Part shown: positions 59,463 through 64,000 of the stretch, piece by piece
How positions within the stretch are numbered: position 1 is the first letter of the stretch
How the letters are laid out: each line of letters begins with the position of its first letter
Source of the DNA: Cyanophora paradoxa CCMP329
Taxonomy: Eukaryota; Plantae; Glaucophyta
Length of the DNA: 64,000 bases
NCBI GenBank assembly: GCA_004431415.1
Contig: QPMI01000655.1
Coordinates: forward strand, 62,001-126,000
Reading direction: 5' to 3'
The notes under the pieces: generated by a model
Told to the model about the DNA's origin: nothing
The model's database searches: none
What the model saw: the letters and a program-made list of their open reading frames with translations, nothing else
Program-made: the position numbers and the translations under genes

Positions 59463-59856
59463 GGGGGGTACACGGCGCAGGCGCTCCCACTTGGAGCGCC
59501 GCATTCGGACCCGGGGGCCTTCTCCGAAAGTCTTTTCCACGGCAGTTTGTGCTTTCCGAGCTCTTGGCCTTCTTTAATGCTTCACTTTGAAGGAGCAGGG
59601 GCTCTAGCTCGCAGCCGGGGCGGGTTGCTCCCTTTCAAAGTTTCCCCTCCGGCAGCTTTTCAAGTTCTGCTCAGTGGCTCGTACATGTGCGCATTGACTC
59701 GGTGACCCCCGCCGCGCCCCCGTCATGATCACAGTGTATACGTACAGTAACTTCCCTGGCCCCGGCTGCTCTTGCAATTGGTCCGCCCAACACGGCCACA
59801 GCCTCGCCTCTCTTCAAAAAACAATTTGGTCATGGAACCGCTAGCGCTCTCTTTTC

Positions 59857-61420
59857 CTAGAGGGTGCCGCAGGCGGCGATCTTGATCTTGGTGAGGGGCT
59901 TGTAGAAGGACTTGCCGGCGCGCGCGTCGCCAATCGCCTCGCCAACCCCCACGAAGAAGCGCTAGGAGCAACCGGATTCCCGAGTTCGACGAGATCCGTG
60001 TGTAAAGGGCGGGCCGGGGGCGCGGGCGGGGGCACCTTGTCGGCGTCGGGGCGAACGATCGGCACCCGGTCCACCGCATCCAGCACCTGCGCAAGCAGGC
60101 GAGCCAGAGTGAGGGAGGGGAGATCGGGGGCCCCGGCGGGGGCCGCCGAGCGCGCCTCCTGGCCCTCCAGGACCCGCCCGATGACCAGCGTCTTGCCGTC
60201 CAGCCTGCCAGGCATCGCGCTCAGGCCTCGGGAGCCGCCGCCGGGGCCGGCTGCAGCGGCGCGGGGGGCGCACTCGGGGGCGGGGGCGCTCGTGACTGCG
60301 AACTGGAGGCCGTCCTCCGAGACCGTCAGGAGGCCTTCGCGGCGGCCCGCCCCGCTCAGCGGAGGCTTCGGGGGGGCGCGCCCGGGGCGGGGCGAGGGGG
60401 CCGGGGCGCGCGCACCGCCGACGTCGTGCTTGAAGGAGTACTTGGCGATGTCGAGCAGCTCGGGGTTCGTGATCTCCGCCTTGCCGCCCACGTAGACCTG
60501 CCCCGGCAGGGGCTCCTTCTGCGCGGCCCGGGCTCAGCCGCCGGCCCGTCCTGGGCGGGGACGGGCGCGCGTTGGACTCGCGGATGCGGCCGCCCTCGAA
60601 GCGGGAGCCCGGGACGACGCGGACGATGGCCGAGTCGCGGTACGTGAGCGGGCCCGACTGCACGCGCTTCGCGAAGCTCTTCGCCGTGTTCGGCACGTCG
60701 TTCCCGAACAGCCCAATCACCAGCCGCCCTGCGCGCACACACACGACACATCGGGGGCCACGCTCGCGGCCCGGCGCAGCGCCGACGATGCTGGCGCGGG
60801 CGCACCGACGGGGCGGGCGTTGATGGTCACGTCGAAGTAGATCTTCTCCGTGACCGCCGCGTCCGCCGCCCCCTCCGCCAGCGCCTGCGGAGCGCGATCG
60901 GGCTTAGCCGAGCGCCGGCCTGGCCCCAGGTCCGTCACAGAAGCCCCCCCGACCGGCGAAATATTCAGAGCTAAGAAATCTGCGCTGCGAGCCGAACGCT
61001 CATGGCCGCCTGGCCCTAACTCTGGTCTACGAGCACAACTCCGCTCGATCCAATCACCGGGCCCGCGCGCAGCACGCACCGGGGAAGCGCGCAACAGGGC
61101 GGGGAGCAACGCGGCGCCGGCAATGATATTCGCAACGAAGCGCCGGCGGCTGCTCGGCTCGCCAGACTCCGCAGAAGCCGCGACGAAGACCGGCACAGCG
61201 GTTCTGACTGCGCGGGCCGTGCTGCTGCGAGTCGACGTGTCAGATGAGCCAGACGGCCCACTCGACGTACGAAAACTAGAGCGAGGGTGCGCGGGGAGGT
61301 CGGCAGGGCGGACCGCACGGGCTGCCGCACGGACTGACCACACAGCTCGCTTCTGAATTGCACGTTCCGGCTCTTCGTCGGCGCCGCGGGGGCCGCAGGG
61401 GCGCAGAAGGCGCTGTGCAT
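59857..61420 (-). CDS. Thylakoid-lumen cyclophilin-like PPIase (CYP26-2-like)
   Basis: MHSAFCAPAAP transit peptide, twin-Arg signal SRRRFVANIIAGAALLPALL..VRA, VTEKIYFDVTI..G|RLVIGLFGNDVPNTAKSF, LDGKTLVIGRVLEG, GEAIGDARA..KPLTKIKIAACGTL*. Confidence 0.88.
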
Positions 61421-61489
61421 CTCTGTAGGGGGGTATAGCGCACAAGCAATTTGGTCCTGACTGCAGAGAAGCACCACGCACACGGCACG

Positions 61490-62620
61490 ATGCAGGCGGG
61501 CTCGCTAACGGGCGAAAACCCCTTCTGGGAGAATTCGTGCGCTCTCTTCCGCGCCTCGCGTCTGCGCAGCGGCGCTCACCCCATCCTCGCAGGTACAACA
61601 AGAACCAGCTGAAAGGTGCTATCTGCGATCTGAGACATTGTTGCAGCATATCTAGTGCCCACGCCGCCGCTTCGGCCCACCCGCCCAACCGCCTAGACAA
61701 TTCTTAGCTATCTTCGGCGGGCTCTGGTGCCCACGCCGCCACTTCGGCCCACCCGCCGCCCAACCGCCTAGACAATTCTTAGCTATCTTCGGCGCAGCGA
61801 GCCTGCTGACGGCAGATGCGCAGAGACAAGAATAGGAAACTGGGTTGAGGAAAGGGCTCTCCGCCAGGACGCAGACCCTGACCTGAAGGTGCCGCCGCTG
61901 GCTTGGCAGTGCTGCTGTTGCCGCACCACCTGAGCTGCGCGTGCGCGCCTGCAGTATGAGCTCAAGTCGTGGGCCGACTCCACGAAGCGATTCGCGAGGG
62001 GCAATGAGAAGCCGGACGCGCACAGCACGAAGCTCCTCACGGGAATGTACAGCGAATATGTAGAGTACACGACGACGAACAGGTGCGGGAGAGCGGCGGC
62101 GCGGCAGCGGCGGCGGCGGCGTTGCTGAGGGAGGGCGCAGGTTGTACCACAACGGGGCGGACCCGAAGGCGGGCCTCCCGCCGACGAAGGGCAAGCGGGA
62201 GGCGCTGCTGGAGCAGGAGATGCTCATGGCGGCGTCGCAGCGGGCGGCGCCGCAGCCGCCGGCGGGGGAGCACAGGACGGAGTACCGGGACACGATCGGG
62301 CGGACGGGGGCGATGCGGCTCGGGGAGAACGGGGAGACGATGCGGGTGGACGGGACGGTGGTACCGGAGGCCCTCCACGCCGACTGGCGGCAGTCCAAGC
62401 TCTACACCGAGAAGCCCATCACGGTGCGCGAGGCCCAGCGCCCCGCCGCCCCTCCCCTCGCTCACAGAGGGCGCAGGTGTACACGCACAACCCGCGGAGG
62501 GCGACGGGGCGGGCGGCGTCGGTGCCCCCGGGCGACCCGCAGGCGGTCAGCTTCGCCAAGGACCACTCGTTCAGCACGCCCGTGCAGGAGTACACCAAGG
62601 GGCCCGTCAAGATCGAGTAG
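61490..62620 (+). CDS. SPAG8/FAP143-like axonemal microtubule inner protein
   Basis: RIGNWVEERA, KGKREALLEQ, KPIT|VY and C-terminal FAKDHSFSTPV match my recollection of SPAG8-family motifs. Confidence 0.72.
61655..61794. repeat. Tandem duplication (~70-bp unit x2) within an intron of the SPAG8-like gene
   Basis: GTGCCCACGCCGCC(G/A)CTTCGGCCCACCCGCC..CAACCGCCTAGACAATTCTTAGCTATCTTCGGCG occurs twice. Confidence 0.9.
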
Positions 62621-62701
62621 GGCGGGGCAGCGGTAGCTCTAGCGGTAGCGGCGGCAGCGCCAGTGTACAAGTACGAGCAGCAGGCAGGGGCAGGCAGGCG
62701 T

Positions 62702-64000
62702 CTACTTCATGCGGGAGCAGAGATCGAAGAAGGCGTCGGGGGGCAGGGGCGAGGCCTGCGAGAGGGCGTAGTTCTCGGCGGCGTGAGCCGCGGACTTGTG
62801 GCCGACGACGGGCCCGATGAAGGTCCGCCCCGGCACCGACCGCACGAACTGCAGGTGCTTCTGCGCCAGGCTCGCGTCGCGCGCCAGGCCCATCTCCTCC
62901 CCGGGGGGGAACGGGTCGGGCCCCTCCAGCAGCCGCCCCTGGAAGAGCGGCTGCCGGGGCGGGGGCGTGAGGGGCGCGAGCGAAGCTGAGCTGGCGTGGA
63001 GGGCGGGGGCGGACGACGGAGGAGAAGACGTTGACGCCGAGGCGGTCGGCGGCCTCGAGGAGGGTGCACGCCTCGCCGCCCACGCGCTGCCAGGCCTCCG
63101 TCGCGGCCTCTGGCATCTCGGCGTTGAGGGGCAGCTGGAGGTAGCGGAAGCCGTGCCCGGGGCCCCCCGCCACCTCGAACGCCAGCAGCACCGCCTCCTC
63201 CAGCGACACGTGCGCCCCTGCGCCCCGCGAGGCGAGGATCGGCCCGGGGGCGAGCCCGCGAGGCGGCCCTCCGCACCGCCCTTGGACTTTTTCTTCGGGT
63301 CGGTGCGGAAGCAGTCCCACGTCGCCTGCCGGGGGCCCGCGTGAGCAGAGGAGGCGGGGCGGGCGGGGCGGAGGGGCGCGCCATGCCGTAGGAGCGGATG
63401 CGGCCGTCGGCGCGGGCGCCCTCCAGGAACTCGAAGGCCGCCCGCAGCCGCCCCTTGAACTCCTGCCGCCCCGGCCCCGCACTCAGCCGGCGAGGGCCAG
63501 GGCGCCGGCGGGGTTGCGGCGGGCGGGGCGCGCCTCGGGGCCCACGTCGGGGATCTGCGCCTCGGCGCAGTTGTGGAGGTACATCACGTCCACGCACTCC
63601 AGCTGCCAGCGCGAGCGCGCGTGAGACCGGGCGCAGCGGGCGGCGAGGCCGAGGCAAGACAGGCGGGGGGCGCCTGCAGGTTCGCGAGGGAGCGCGCGAG
63701 CTGGTCCTCCAGGAAGGCCGGGCTCATGCAGTGCGCCCCGCCTGCCGCCGCCGCGGCCCTCGGCGCAGGGCAAAGGGGAGGCGGCGGAGCGGGAGGCACC
63801 GGCGGCCAGGTCCCCCGCCTTTATGACGCCGGCCTCGACGAGGGAACTGGCGAACTCGCGCGGGGAGACGCCCGCCTCGCTGTCCCCCGGCATGTACCCG
63901 TTCTTCGTGCACACGAAGATCTCCTCCCGCTTGTAGCCCCGCGTGTCGATCAGGTCCCGCAGCGCCCGGCCCGTCGTCCGCTCCCCGCGCTGCGCCCCCG
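62702..64000 (-). CDS. Aldo/keto reductase (5' end outside the window)
   Basis: REEIFVCTKNGY, HCMSPAFLEDQLARSLANL, CVDVMYLHN, AFEFLEGARADGRIRSYGMA|TWDCFR, FRYLQLPLN, LQFVRSVPG..VGHKSAAHAAEN. Confidence 0.9.

Overview
Very GC-rich, intron-dense eukaryotic nuclear DNA with no prokaryotic features. A flagellated alga is inferred, most plausibly a glaucophyte (Cyanophora-like), from Phe-containing plastid transit peptides, a thylakoid-lumen cyclophilin and an axonemal SPAG8-like gene. About 18 tightly packed, mostly alternating-strand spliced genes were reconstructed by hand: ThrRS, U1A/U2B'', double-CDGSH Fe-S protein, Slo/BK-like K+ channel, GAT+EH endocytic adaptor, a hypothetical protein with a bacterial-looking motif, PPi-PFK, SK-like K+ channel, TmcB-like PAS membrane protein, four-domain Cav/Nav-like channel, NUMOD3+Zn-finger protein, BLTP3/UHRF1BP1-like protein with PH domain, two hypotheticals, CCCH+U-box protein, CYP26-2-like cyclophilin, SPAG8-like protein and a partial aldo/keto reductase. 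Repeats: a 519-bp hAT-type MITE with a perfect 8-bp TSD, a ~515-bp direct repeat pair and a 70-bp inverted repeat pair. Most notable unexplained structure: (1) short introns with a C-rich 5' half, a CTGAC/CTGAG branch site, a G-rich 3' half in place of a pyrimidine tract, and frequent GC donors; (2) a strand-symmetric oscillation of C- versus G-ending synonymous codons that appears phased to those introns; (3) fold-back micro-insertions in intergenic repeats; (4) an atypical S-D-E-E pore in the four-domain channel, located near BK-like and SK-like genes; (5) head-to-head genes with ATGs only 33 and 69 bp apart. All gene models are manual, unverified by transcripts, and no database searches were run.
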